A DNA stretch of 64,000 bases from Prorocentrum cordatum. Taxonomy: Eukaryota. The DNA is taken from assembly GCA_963575745.1 (NCBI GenBank), contig CAUYUJ010000126.1, forward strand, positions 496,001 to 560,000. The letters are read 5' to 3'. The notes beneath the pieces were generated by a model. That model was not told where the DNA came from. It was given only the letters and a program-made list of their open reading frames with translations, and did not search any database. Of the stretch, positions 1 through 12,037 are shown piece by piece. How positions within the stretch are numbered: position 1 is the stretch's first letter; each line of letters opens with the position of its first letter. A program made the position numbers and the translations under genes.

Positions 1-649
1 GCCAGGATCTTCTTCTCACCCTCCGTGCTCAGCCACTTCGGGCCCTTCCGATTTATGTCACGTCGACCTCCAGCCAGTAGAGCGTCCTCAAGTTCTTCCT
101 CCGGCTCTGGATTCACGTACAGCACTCTGAACTCCTCGTCGTCTTCCTCCGCAGCGATCACCACCAGGGAGTCCTGTTTCTCCGCGATGCGTGGCATCTT
201 CAGAGGTGGCTCCTTGTCGATATGATCCTCCTGCTTGGGCGCCTTGGTCGGCCTGATCATCTCATCCGACACCGTCCTCTTACCGACGAGGCGGCGTCTC
301 ACAGTATGCTGGTCCTGCTCCTCCGGGACCTCCTGACCGGTGACTTGCTCATCCGCCTGGCCATCTTCTGCGCTATGTTCAGACGCCGGCCCCTCTGTCT
401 CCTGCGGCTGAGCAGGATCGGATACTGGCGCCTGCCGTGCACCACCTTCTCCGCCAGGAGGTCGTTCATCAGCCGTGATGTCCATGAAGCCGCGCTGCGG
501 ACCCTGGCCGCCCATGAACTCCTTCGACAGTGCACGCAGTTCAGGTTGAACGCCCTCAGCAGCTAGCTTCTCCTCAGGCGTGGCCAAGCGCAGCTGCTCA
601 GGAGCGGCTTTGATCACCACACCAGGCATGGCCACCCAGTAGTCACCCT

Positions 650-1620
650 TCACCGGTCCCAGAACGACAGCCGAGCCTCGCCAACGGGCGTGAGCCTTTT
701 TACCCAGGACGCCTCGTCCACGTCGCCATACAACAACACGATCACCTGGTTGAAAGACGCGGCCAAGCCTCTGGGTCGGCTGTCCAGATCAACGCGAGCG
801 GCTCGGTTGTCCAAATACTCTATCACGGCCTGACGAGCACATTGGCGACGCTTCTCCATCTCGGCAAACGGCTCGTCGCGCAGGGCTGCGCCGTTGACCA
901 CCACATTCGGCGTCTCCTGCATCAGGTCGGGCGGCGCCTCCGGATTTCGGCCCAGAGCAGTATGGCATGGAGAGCGTCCGTGAACACGCAGGAGAGAGTT
1001 CTTGGCCATCACCACTGCTCTGACACACTCTGTCCAGCCGTCCTTGTTCGTTGGAGTGTTCTGGTCCAGTACCTTGTTGAGGATACCCTCAAACCAAGCA
1101 CCGTGGCATTCGACGTGACCCGCTTGTTCGTGAGCCTCACCGGCCGCGCCCATCACCTCGATGCCTTGCTTCTCGAAGGAGTCTGTAATGTCCTGCCCAA
1201 GGTTGATCCTCCCCGCGTCGCACTTCAGGAACTTGGGCGGCCCGTAGGGCATGCCCCAGCTGGTCTCGAAGATCTCCTTCAGCATCCCCCCCGCTTCCTG
1301 CTCGAAAAAGGGGGTCATCTGCTGAAGACCGCTACTCGAGCAGACCACGTGAAGAGCCTTGATCTTCATGCCCGTCTTCCAGCCGGAAAGTTCCTCATTG
1401 TCCATCTCCACCAGTCTCAATGGCGCGACCTCGGACGGAACCTTCACAGGCCGGGAGGGCCTGGGAAGCCTCCGCCCCTCGCAGACCGAGCATGAAAACC
1501 TCCGAGCCATCGCCATTGCCATCTCGCTGGCCTTCGCGTGCTTCAGGATGCGAACCATGTCCTCGTTGCTTGGGCGCCCCAGATTCGCGTGGAGCCTGCG
1601 CAATGACGATTCCAATGACA
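650..1620 (-). pseudogene. copia integrase (HHCC zinc finger and DDE core)
   Basis: LRRLHANLGRPS...FSCSVC, then VEMD, LKCDAG, AGEAHEQAGHVECHG, AKNSLLRVHGRSP in ORF 650..2437. Confidence 0.88.
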
Positions 1621-1702
1621 GCTTCCTTCTCTCCACGATCTCGGGATCCTCCGTCACTGAGAGCACCTCCGCGCAGTGCATGATGTCGTCCACTTCCAGC
1701 TG

Positions 1703-2350
1703 GCGCAGTATTGCCCCTGCGATCTTCTTGCTCAGCCCCATCGGGTACTTCTCGGAATATTCGCTTCCCCTGATGCCTTGCACGCGGTTCCAGCACCATT
1801 GAGGTTCGTGATTCCGACGACATCGCAGCTCCCGCATCACCCACTTCAGCGAGTCCGCGTTGGTTGCGACACACCACTCCTTCGACATCAGCATGTTCGA
1901 GACGGGATCGCGAAGTCCGACTCGACATCCACTCGCAGACACCATGTGGACCTCTTTCTCGTTGCACAGATTCCACGCGGGAGCGCAGCCCCAAGAATTC
2001 GCACTCGGCGGGGCTTCGATAATGAAATACCTGCCCTTCCTGACCTGCATCTTTGCCACCACTGCGCAGAATCGCAAGTGCCCGGTAGCCTCCCTGACCA
2101 TTCCCCGATGCCCCTCTGGATCTCCCCCGCTGGTCTCTGGCGCAAGATTCTGCAGGATGGACAGGGCACCGCGCGGAGGGCTCATGCCGACGAACTCGGG
2201 CTCCTCCGCGTCGATCAGACGCAGGATGCGATGCCTGTCTTCAGCTTGTCGGGCGCCCCAGCCGTTCTTCAAGTCGTAGGCGCCAAGGCTCTGGAAGCCC
2301 AGGTTCTCTAACTCCACGGTTAGCCGCGGCTCCGAACACAGCTCTAGACA
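1703..2350 (-). pseudogene. C5 cytosine DNA methyltransferase-like domain in the copia polyprotein
   Basis: CLELCSEPR (motif I-like), YDLKNGW, EPEFVGMSPPR (motif IV, PC to PR), GRYFIIEAP (motif VI-like), EKYPMGLSKKIA (motif X-like), in frame with integrase. Confidence 0.7.
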
Positions 2351-2609
2351 CTTCGGTTGCATCCCCAGGCGAGCCTGAGCTGCCCTGGCCCCCTTCACCA
2401 CCTCCTTCTTGGCCATCCTGCCCATGATATCTGTCACTCCGACGGTCCATAGCGCCTCCGACTCCTCTTCGTCGTCGCTGGCCTCAGGGCCCGGGCCCGG
2501 CCCTACCGAAAACCCGCCGTCGCCGACGCTACAAACTCCTCCAGGTCGGTCGCCTCCGATGTTGTCATCACATCTACTTCTGCCGTTTGAATATCCCTGC
2601 TCTCGCCGT

Positions 2610-3010
2610 TCTTCATCTCGCAGAGATCCAGCTGATAGTGTCCGCTGGCGGCGACCTTCAGCGGCACTGCGACGTTAATCCTGGTGAATCTGATCTCGCC
2701 CCGCTCCATGTCCAGGATGGCGCCGAGATTATTGAGCATCGGTTTACTGACCAGCAGGGGGAGTCCAGCCTGGCACCACTCACAGCCGAAGGAGTAACAT
2801 CCTTCCGCCGATGCGACACTGCATCTCCACCGAGTAAATTGACGACAGCGTCTCCTGATTTCCAAACTTGAACGTCGTGGCCCTCTCCTGCTTCATCACT
2901 TTCACCTCCAGTCCTGCCTTCCTCATCTCCTGCTTGTGCCGCGACAGGGTCTCCTCGCCAATCACTCCTTTGCCGCGTCCAATGTCCACGACGCCGTCTC
3001 TCGGCTCGTG
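2610..3010 (-). pseudogene. retroviral-type aspartic protease, frameshifted
   Basis: GVVDIGRGKGVIG (DTG-like), FKFGN, then LPLLVSKPMLNNLGAILDM and SGHYQLDL in the adjacent frame. Confidence 0.75.
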
Positions 3011-3208
3011 GGCCATCGTATTCAGCACCTCCGGATACTCCAAGTCGCCGTCCTGACCGCTCAGGCTCCAGTGCTCCTGGATGAGGGCCTGCACGTCCTC
3101 TTCCAGCTCCTCATAGGCGTCGATGACCGCGTCCATCTCGTCCACGGAGTTCTCCTCGTCGGGCTGGTCGCTCTGGTGGCTCCGCAGCTCCATTTGGGTC
3201 TCGTCCTC

Positions 3209-4186
3209 TCAGACCTCGCACTCGAAACTTTCGTCGTCATCCTCGACCGTGTACACCACATTGGCGCCTTTCTCCTTGCCTTTGCCTTTGCCGTCCCGAG
3301 TCGGCGGTCGTCGCTGTCTCTTCGGGTTCTTGCAGTCCCGGCTGAAGTGTCCGATCTCGTCACAGTTATAGCATCGCACCCGCCTCGCCATGGTCTTGAT
3401 GTCTGGCTTCTTCGGTCCGAACCCGCGTGCCAGCTGCTCCTTGGGTATCTTATTGCGCTGGTCTCGCCAAGTCACCAGAATCTCGATGGCCTCGCTCTCG
3501 TCCAGGATGTCACTCTCATCTTCGTCCTCCTGTAGGCCGGTCATCAGCGTCTCGATGTCCAGGTGGCCGTCCTCTTCGTCGTCGACCACGTGCGCGTGGC
3601 ATGTCGTCTGCTGCTGGCCAAAGTCGGTCGTACCGTTGGGAAAAGTCGTCCTCAGTGCCGATGCCACATCTCGCTCCTTGTACGACCTTGCTGAGGCCGC
3701 TAGCACCACAGCCATACATTGAGGTGGAAGATGGGTTCCCAGCAGCAGCAGGTAGCCTCGAGCCATGTCTGGCAGCACCACACCCTCGGCTTCGCCTTTG
3801 GCGAATGTCGCCTGGGCCCTGCCACAGTACGCTGCCATCGACTCGTTCTTCACCAGCTTCAGCGAGAACACCACTTGGAGCGCCTCGCCAAGCCTGTCGT
3901 GCGCCGCGACGTCCGGGAAGCGTGCATCCAACGTGTCGAACAACACCTGCTCGCCGCCCACCGTCTCTAGATCGTCCATGTCGATGATCTCCATCGCCCG
4001 CGCCGCCACGTCGTCCAGCAATGTGAACAGCGTTGGCCCATTGGCCGTCGGCGGTGCCCCTTTTGCCCGCTGCACGATGATGTACGCACGAGCCCACTTC
4101 TTCCAGATACGATAGTCTCGATATGCGTCGGCTCCGTCGCCGGCGAATCTCCTGATACCGCCTGTCTGCCCAGCGTCCGTGTTCAT
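3209..4186 (-). CDS. gag: copia Gag-like protein with zinc knuckle
   Basis: 325-aa ORF containing RCYNCDEIGHFSRDC (CX2CX4HX4C), directly downstream of LTR and PBS. Confidence 0.85.
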   Translation of the reverse strand: MNTDAGQTGGIRRFAGDGADAYRDYRIWKKWARAYIIVQRAKGAPPTANGPTLFTLLDDVAARAMEIIDMDDLETVGGEQVLFDTLDARFPDVAAHDRLGEALQVVFSLKLVKNESMAAYCGRAQATFAKGEAEGVVLPDMARGYLLLLGTHLPPQCMAVVLAASARSYKERDVASALRTTFPNGTTDFGQQQTTCHAHVVDDEEDGHLDIETLMTGLQEDEDESDILDESEAIEILVTWRDQRNKIPKEQLARGFGPKKPDIKTMARRVRCYNCDEIGHFSRDCKNPKRQRRPPTRDGKGKGKEKGANVVYTVEDDDESFECEV

Positions 4187-4250
4187 CTGTCAGCGTACCG
4201 CCGGCACTCGCCCGAGTGCCTCCCTGCAACAGTTCCTGCTATCGCGCGGC

Positions 4251-4266
4251 CGGCTCCGCTCTACCA
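4251..4266 (-). promoter_or_regulatory. putative primer-binding site
   Basis: TGGTAGAGCGGAGCCG starts 1 nt after the LTR-terminal CA; TGG pairs with tRNA CCA. Cognate tRNA not identified. Confidence 0.6.
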
Positions 4267-4267
4267 A

Positions 4268-4427
4268 TGCAGATGGCTTCGAGTGTGGGGCCCCCGCCCC
4301 ACCTTTCCTCACCCGAGGCAAGCCAAAATGCTGCAGCACAGACTCAACACGCACGGTACACAACTAGGCCCAGCTGGGCCTCCGCTACTCATCCAGAGGG
4401 AGCCCGCTAGGGCCGCATGTGTCTACA
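4268..4427 (-). repeat. putative 5' LTR, 160 bp
   Basis: Minus strand TGTAGA...TCTGCA (TG..CA, 5/6 inverted ends) abutting the PBS. The 3' LTR is outside the window. Confidence 0.6.
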
Positions 4428-4479
4428 CAGTCACTACGATTAGCACATAATTTACTTCTTTTTCGGGTAAAGTATTGCT

Positions 4480-4900
4480 TGATGATGGAACTCCCACATT
4501 TCCCACATGACAATCTAGCAACGCGAAGCGTTACGCAACTGCCGTGCGAAAGCTGTCCAGCTCTCATGCGCCAACACCAAAGCTCCCAAAATAGTGGCGG
4601 CCACTGCTCAGTTTCTATACAACACCACTCCCGGATGTCAGACAATAAGCTAATAGCAATTCCATGCTTAGCGCTCATGCTGTTTGCCAGAATGATGCTT
4701 ACTTGTAACATACCTGCGTGTGGTGTCTGAATGGTCTTGCAATTCTCTAAACGTCGATCCCACTGCCGGCTCAAGATGGTTGGTTGTAATTGGTACCACT
4801 TGTTTCTGTTTTCCAGCCATGTGAGGAGCGGCTCGGGATTGGTACCAGTCAATTGGGATTGGCCTGACATGCGATTCGAATCCGCCCCCCTCCGCCCCCT
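4480..4900. repeat. dispersed repeat block, diverged direct copy at about 6430-6845
   Basis: Shared runs such as catgaca..acgcgaagc..gcaactg.cgtgcgaa..ctgtccag and ttggtacc..gattgg..acatgcg.ttcgaa..cgccccc. Confidence 0.7.
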
Positions 4901-5289
4901 TCTCCAAAGGGGGGCTAGAACCGAAAATGGGACGGATTACAAACGATTGGGACGGATTTCAAACATGTTGGTACCAATCCCAACCAATTGGTACCGTTCC
5001 AACCGCTATGGAAGCCCCTTAGACGTTCCTTAGAGATTCCTCATTGATTCTCTCTAGATGTTCGAGATTCCTTCGAGATTCCTGTCGTCCAAGATTCCTC
5101 CGAGATTCCTCCGAGATTCCTTCGAGAATACTTGCATGCTGGGTCGTTCGGCCCCCGCCTCCCTTCCTGTGGCGCCGGGGCCTCCCAACCCACCAAGACA
5201 GCGTTTCGAATGACAGCGCGCCATATCCTTGGGAATTCCGGCAGCCCCTAGTTCTCAGTGAACTCCAAATTACAAAAAAACGAACAACA

Positions 5290-6090
5290 TGCAGCGCGAT
5301 TCCTACTGAATTCACATTGAGATAAACACATGAAATTTGAACGCAGTATGCGGGAGGTTTGGGTCAGCGCATTTCCCATTGAAATCATATAGAGTACCAC
5401 ATAGAGTACTAAAGCATTCAGCGGGAGGCTGGGATCAGCGCATGTCCTGTTGAAGACATATTGACAACACATCGAAGATTCAATAATTATGCGGAAGATT
5501 AGGGCCGACGCAATTCCTATCAAATTCCAACAGAGAAGAGCATAGGATATTCAAAATTCTGCGGGAGGCCGGGGCCAGCGCATGTCCTATTACATTCGAA
5601 CTGAAAACCGAATAAACTACTACAGAATTTTGCCAGAGGCTGGGATCAACACATTCCCGATCCGATTCCGGCTGATAAAAATTCAAAACTATTGAATTCT
5701 GCGGTGGGATGGGACCGGACCAGCGCGTGTCCTATGAATTCCAATTCCCAACCACATGCAAGATTTGATAAGTATGCGGGATGCTGGGACTAGAGAGAGT
5801 CCGGTGGAAGCCCGATCGAAAAACCAACAGCATATCAAAGAATTCCGAGGAAATCTGGGAGCCAGCGCATTTCTCAGAAAAGCCCCATTGAAATCCAAAT
5901 AAACCATTGAGCTAAGTATGCTGGAAGGTGGGGGCGGCGCATGTCCTCTTGAATCCCATTCGAAGGAATTTGCAATACAGAGTTCTGCGGAAGGCTGGGA
6001 TCGGCACATGTCTTATTCAATTCCGATGGACAAACACACCGAAAAGTAAAGAATGAAACGGTCTGCTTGGATCGGCGTATTCATAATTCT
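5290..6090. repeat. degenerate tandem repeat, about 60-70 bp unit
   Basis: Recurring core gcgggaggctgggatcagcgcatgtcctattgaattc. Confidence 0.75.
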
Positions 6091-6849
6091 ACGACACTGA
6101 AACCATCAACAATGCACAATGTGCTGCCGCATCCTATGTATCCGCAGTGCAAGAGATCTTCTGCACAGCAGTGAACAGGATGAATGACACACAGACAGTT
6201 GACTTCTCACATGAAAGAGCTTGAACATATAATGTACAGATTGCACCCGCCCCGCTCCGCAGTACGCAGGCCTTCGAGGTGCCGCGTGCCACGTGTCCGT
6301 TGGGCTGTGCAGCCTGCGCACACGAAGTTTGCTGTCTGGCTCCGCTGGGCAGCTGGAGATTCAATCTGTGCACGATGCATTTCTCGCTCGGGAAATGGAC
6401 ATCCACATTTTCCTAGTTTTGCACTGCTCGCCGATGGAATTCCCGCAGCTCTCGCATGACAGCCAAGTGACGCGAAGCTTTGCGCAACTGGCGTGCGAAC
6501 TCTGTCCAGTTCTCAATGGCCAACCGCGAAGCTCCAGAAGACTTGGCGATCACTGGACATTTCAAACATAGACAACTCCAAGATAGCAGAAAGTAAACTA
6601 ATACCAATTCCGACCGAGGCACTCATCTTGCCTCCCAGAGAGAACGTGCACTCTTAAGGCGTACAGTCGGTTGCTGAGTCGTCTCAAAATGCTCCGATCG
6701 AATCAATCCTATTGTCGGCTCAAGATGGATGGTCGTAATTGGTACCCATTGTATTCCTGGCTGGTTGAGACGTAGCCCAATTGGTTGGAATTGGTACCTG
6801 ACGGTTGGGATTGGTCCCACATGCGGTTCGAAGCGCCCCCCCGATAGAT

Positions 6850-7260
6850 TCCTGAGTGCTCGATCAAGCTCAGATATACTCCTGATATAGCTGGGCACAA
6901 ATTGTGAAACATCCTAACCAGGCTCAATCCCACTCTATCATAATCATGCAACGGCTCGAACCAGCTCGCATTGAGTCCTATTCAGGCCCGATCCAGTTCC
7001 TCTGTAATCTTTCCCTAGCCGCAGAAACTTTCAGAGCATCTTAGTCGGGCTCGATCCAACTCGACTAAGAATCCTTATGTAGCTGGATCCTGCTCCTATA
7101 GTTCTCAAATAAGGCTCGACCAAATTCGAACGTAATGCTACTACAGCTAGGTCAAGCTCTAACTAAATCCTAATAGGGCTGGACCAGGCTCTTATATAAT
7201 CTCACTAGGGTTCGATCCAGCCTTTGTAACACATAGCAACCTACGAAGGCTCGATCTTCG
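6850..7260. repeat. degenerate tandem repeat, about 40 bp unit
   Basis: Recurring ggctcgatccag-like core. Confidence 0.55.
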
Positions 7261-7650
7261 TCGTCGTCGCTGCCCGACGGCGCTGGCGCTGGCGCCAGCG
7301 ACGGCGCTCGCCGTCGTCGGTTGCCACTGGGGAAGGAGGAGGAGGGGGGGGGGCGGTTCGAATCCCCACCCCTTGCAATTCACGGGGGGGCGGTTCGAAC
7401 CCCCTCCCCCCCCTTGAGGCCGCCCCCCCCCTGTTCGAACCCCTCCCCACCTTGCAATCCAGGAATGCGGGGAGGCGGGTTCGAGCTCCCCTCCGTCCAA
7501 GCGCCCACAGGACGCGCTCTTTCGGACATGTTCGGCCCCACCGGACTCAGAACGTGTCCAATCCACCGCCCAGCGACGTCCCTGAAGATCGATTCGTCAG
7601 CCAGTGGCCCCACGGCTGCTGCTTTTCTGAGAGGCACAATCGGCCCATAT

Positions 7651-7814
7651 CATAAGAATGCGCGGTAAGATAAGGATGCAAGGGCCTGAGACGCCCATTT
7701 CCAAGCTTTTCGAGAGGGGCGCGGCCAACGAAAGTGACGAGGGATGGACCAAGGAGGCAGGGATGCAGGGATACCCTTGGGAAGGTTTCCCTTCCTTACT
7801 ATGCGGGCTGACTG
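7651..7814 (+). mobile_element. CAGTC-family MITE copy, left end missing
   Basis: Same body as 51838-52016; ends cttactatgcgggctgactg followed by TA. Confidence 0.7.
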
Positions 7815-7849
7815 TAGAGGATCAAACGGTCTTAAGTACTCTTGCCGCA

Positions 7850-10800
7850 AACGGGCCAGAAGGGACCGAAGAGGCCGCCGAGACGGCCTAAGAGAGCCTC
7901 GAGTCGTCTCAAGATCGCCCCCAGACCCCCAAGACGGCTTCAAGACGGCCTAAGTGGCATCCGAAAAGGCTCAAATGAGCACCACGTGCGGTCCCAAGAA
8001 ATCGAGAGGCCAAAATCGTTTCAATCCCTTTGGACAGATACATGTTTAGCATGTCCGTCTTTTCGGGTTGCACAACGTCCCAGGCCACCCTGGAGGCCTT
8101 CAAGATCGTCCCAAGACAAGCCCACGAGGCCCCCAAGAGGCCAAAAGGGCCCTAAGACAGTCCAAGCGGGCCCCAAGACAGCCCAGCAGACGCCCAAGAC
8201 CGTCCCAGAGGGCACCAAGAAGGCGCCCAGAGGGGCCCCACAGGGGGAACACGAACGGACTGTTTGGGCTCTCCGCCCCAGGAGACCCCAGGAGGCTTCA
8301 AGAAGCCCCGAAGAGGCCCCAAAGAGGCCCCAAGAGGCCCCAAGAGGCCCCCGAGAGGCCCCCAGGACGCGCCAAGATACCCCTCAAGACGCTCCCATAA
8401 GGCCTTAAAAACTGCCCCCCCCCCCCCCCCCAAGGCTCCAGGGAGCCCTCAGACCACAAGAAGCATCCATGAGGACTCTGACCCACGACCCAGGCATGGT
8501 GGCGGGATGAGCCGAAGGCCACTAGATCCGCCGCCCCCTGTTGATTCATCACAGGGGTTCCTGGCGTGCTGGATCCTCTCGGTTTTGGTTCGTTTTCCAA
8601 AAGAACTCCCCCTGGGGCTTCGGCCCGTCCCGCCAGCTGCCTGCCTCGTCGGCTTCTTCGCTCAAGATGGCCCAAGATGGCCTTAAAGATGCCTCCAAGA
8701 CAGCCAAGATGGCCTCCAAGACAGCTAAGATGGCCTGAAGACGCCTCCAAGACGGCCCAAGATGCACCCAAGACGGCCTAAGATAGGCTCAAGATGGCCC
8801 AAGACGGCCTAAGAGGCTTCCAAGAGGCCTCCAAGAGGCCTCCAAGGTGGCCCAGGAGGCCTCCAAGAGGTGCAAGAGGTCCCCAAGAGGCCTCCAAGAG
8901 CTCCTCCAGGAAGGTTCGTTGAGGTCAACATCTGTGATGGATCCTAGGTGTTTGAAGGATGTTGGTGTTTGCTCCTTTTCGGCCTTCCGACGGCCCAAGA
9001 CTGCCCAAGAGGCCATCAAGATCGCCCCACGAGTGCCCAAGAAGCCTCCAAGACGGCCCCAGGACGGCCCAAGAGGCCCCCAAGACGGCCCCAACAAGGA
9101 CCAAAGACAGCCCAAGAGGCCCCCAAGACGCCCAAGATGGCCTCCAAGACGGCCAAGATGGCCTCCAAGATGCATCCAAGACTGCCAAGATGGCCTCCAA
9201 AACGGCCAAGATGACCCCAAGATGCACCCAAGACGGCCCGAAATGGCATCAAGATGGCCTAAGACTGCCCAAAAGGCCAGCAAGAGGCCTCCAAGACGGC
9301 CCAATAGCCCTCCACGACGTCCTCCAGGAAAGCCCCGCAGGGTTAAAATCATGGATTTCCCGAAGGGTTTTTGATGGATGGTGGCTTTTGCTCTTCTTTA
9401 GCTGTCCGACGGCCCAAGACGGCCCAAGCGGCCCCCAACATCGACCCAAGAGCGCCCAAGAGGCCTCCAAGATGGCCCCATGACAGCCCAAAGGGTCCCC
9501 AAGACGGCCCCAAGGCGGCCCCAAGACGGCCCAAGAGGCCCCCAAGACGCCCCAGATGGCCTCCCAAACGACCAAGATGGCCTCCGAGATGCCTCCAAGA
9601 CGCCCAAGATGGCCGTGAAGACGGCTAACATGGCCCGACGATGCACCCAAGACGGCCCAGGATGGCCTCAAGACGGCCCAAGAGCCCTCCAAGACGTCCT
9701 CCAGGAAGGCCCGAAAGGGCCAAAATCATTGAGGTTCCTATGGTTTGGGGAGGATTTCTGAATTTTCTTCTTGTCAACTCTCCGACGGCCCAAGACGGCC
9801 CCATGACAGCCCAAGAGTTCCCCAAGACGACCCCGAGGCGGCCCCAGGACGGCCCAAGAGGCCCCCAAGACGCCCAAGAAGGCCTCCAAGACGGCCAAGA
9901 TGGCCTCCAAGATGCCTCCAACACGCCCAAGAAGGCCTCCAAGACAGCGAAGATGGCCCCAAGATGCACCCAAGGCGGTCCCAGATGGCCTGAAGATGGC
10001 CTTCGACTGCACAAGAGGCCCGCCAGAGGCCTCCAAGACGGCCCAAGACCCCTCCAAGACGTCCTCCAGGAGGCCCGAAAACTCAGAAACCACCTGGTCC
10101 GATAGCTCGCCCGACTCGGTGTTCCCCGAAGGCTTTCGAAACCCACTCGTGGATCGCATGGCCCGATAGCTTGGCCAAGCTCAAACCCAACTTTCGGCCA
10201 CGCAGGCGCTTCCAAAAAGACAGGAGGCGGCGGTGATTCGCCGTAGGCGTCCTCGAGTTGCCGCCCCCTGCTGATCAATCACAGGGGTGCCTGGCGTGCT
10301 AAATCCAACCGGTTTCGGTCTTGTTCTTTTCCAAAAGAACTCCCCCGGGGGCTTCGGCCCAGCGCGCCGGCCCCACGGAAAGCCGCCGAAAGGGACCAGA
10401 AACGACCTCAACGTCCGCAACAAATCGTCCGAGACCAATCAAAATGGCCTCCGAGAGGGCAAGATGGCCTCCGCGTTCGGCCGTTCTGGAGCCATCTTGG
10501 AGGCCTCTTGGGCGACCTTGGGGCGATCTTTGCGGGCTCTTGGGCTGTTCGGGGCCATCGGAAGGCCGAAAAGACGCACATGCCCAACTCCTTCAAAAAC
10601 CTAAGGAACATCGATGACTTCGGCCTCTTCGGGCCTTCCTGGAGGGCTTCTTGGAGGCCTCTTGGGCTGTCTTGGAAACCTCTTGGGGGCCTCTTGGGAC
10701 GTCCTGGCCTGTCTTGGAGGCTTCTTCGGCAGGCTTGGAGATATCTTGTACTCTTTCGGGGTTTCTTGGAGGCCATCTTGGACCTTCTTGGCCCAAGAAG

Positions 10801-12037
10801 GCCCCCAAGACGACCCCAAGAGGGCCCCAAGACGGCCCAAGAGGCTTCCAAAACACACCAGGTAATCTCTAAGACGGCCCTGGAGCACCCCAAGCCGGCC
10901 CAGAGAGGCCCTCAAGACGGCTTCCGACGGCGTCAGAAGGGCCAGGAGGCCTTCAAGACGGCCCAAGATGACTCGAAGATGACACAAGACGGCCCAAGAG
11001 GCCCCCAAAACGGCCCAAGAGGCCTGCAAGAGGCCCTCCAGAAGGCCCGAAGAGGTCGAAGTCATTGATGTTCCTCAGGTTTTTAAGGATTGCGGCGGTT
11101 GCATCTTTTCGGCCTTCCGACGGCCCGAGACGGCCCAAGAGCCCCCAAAGATCGCCCCAAGATCGCCCGAGAGGCCTCCAGGATGGCCCTAGAACGGTCC
11201 AATAGGCCTCCAAGACGGCCCCAAGAGTGCCCCAAGACGGCCCAAGAGGCCCCCAAGACGCCCAAGATGGCCTCCAAGACGGCTCTGGAGCACCCCAAGA
11301 GGGCCCCAAGTCGGCCCAGAGAGGCCCCCAAGACGACTGCCGACGGCGTCAGAAGGGCCAGGAGGCCATATCAAGACTGCCCAAGATGCCTCGAAGATGG
11401 CCCAAGACGGCCCACGAGGCCCCCAGGAAAACGCCCCAAGAGACCCCCAAGATGGCCTCCAGGAAGGCCCGAAGAGGCCATGTGCCTCAAGTTTTGACGG
11501 ATTTGGGCAATTGATTCTTGTCGGCCTTCCGATGGCCCCGAACGGCCCAAGAGCCTACAAAAATCGCCAAACAAGATCGCCCAAGAGGCCTCCAGGATGG
11601 CCCCAGAACGGCCAGACGGCCCTGGAGCACCCCAAGAGGGCCCCAATTCGGCCCAGAGAGGCCACCAAGACGACTGCCGACGGCGTCAGACGGGCCAGGA
11701 ATGCCTTCAGACGGCCAAAAAGGCCCACGAGAAGCCCCCATAGACCCCCGAGAGGCCCAAGGAGGCTCCCAAGATGCCTCCAAGAGGCTCCAAGGAACCT
11801 CCCAGGAGGCTCCAAGAGTGCCCCCAGAGGCTCCCAAGATGCCCCCTCCTCCTCCTCCTCCTCCTCCTCCTGATCTTCCCCGCCATCCTCCCCCAAGTGT
11901 TCCCCCAAATGGCTTCTGCAACGGTTGGGGGGAACACATGGCCCGATAGCTTGGCAGAGCTCTTGCCACAACGCTTGGCCACATGGGCGATTCCAAAAGG
12001 CAGGGGGCGACACTGATCCGCCGTAGGCGTCTTCGAT
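7850..12037 (+). mobile_element. head-to-tail array of three CCAAGA-minisatellite elements (about 7850-8527, 8528-10257, 10258-12037)
   Basis: Full units start ccgccgccccctg, contain (ccaagacggc/ccaagaggcc)n and end caggrggcggcggtgattcgccgtaggcgtcytcgat or a variant. Confidence 0.8.

Larger units (their letters stand above)
1..4427 (-). mobile_element. Ty1/copia-type LTR retrotransposon, decayed; continues past window start (RT/RNase H not in window)
   Basis: Minus-strand order LTR, PBS, gag (CCHC), aspartic protease, MTase-like domain, integrase, acidic linker; integrase before RT is the copia order. In-frame stops at 3209 and 2780, frameshifts near 2760, 2500 and 700. Confidence 0.9.

Noticed and set aside
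5290..6090. CRISPR-like repeat and spacer pattern
   Set aside because: Repeats are degenerate, the spacers resemble each other, there are no cas genes and the context is eukaryotic.
7330..7500. GGTTCGAA motifs resembling a tRNA T-loop or B box
   Set aside because: Repeated in G/C runs with no cloverleaf or A box.
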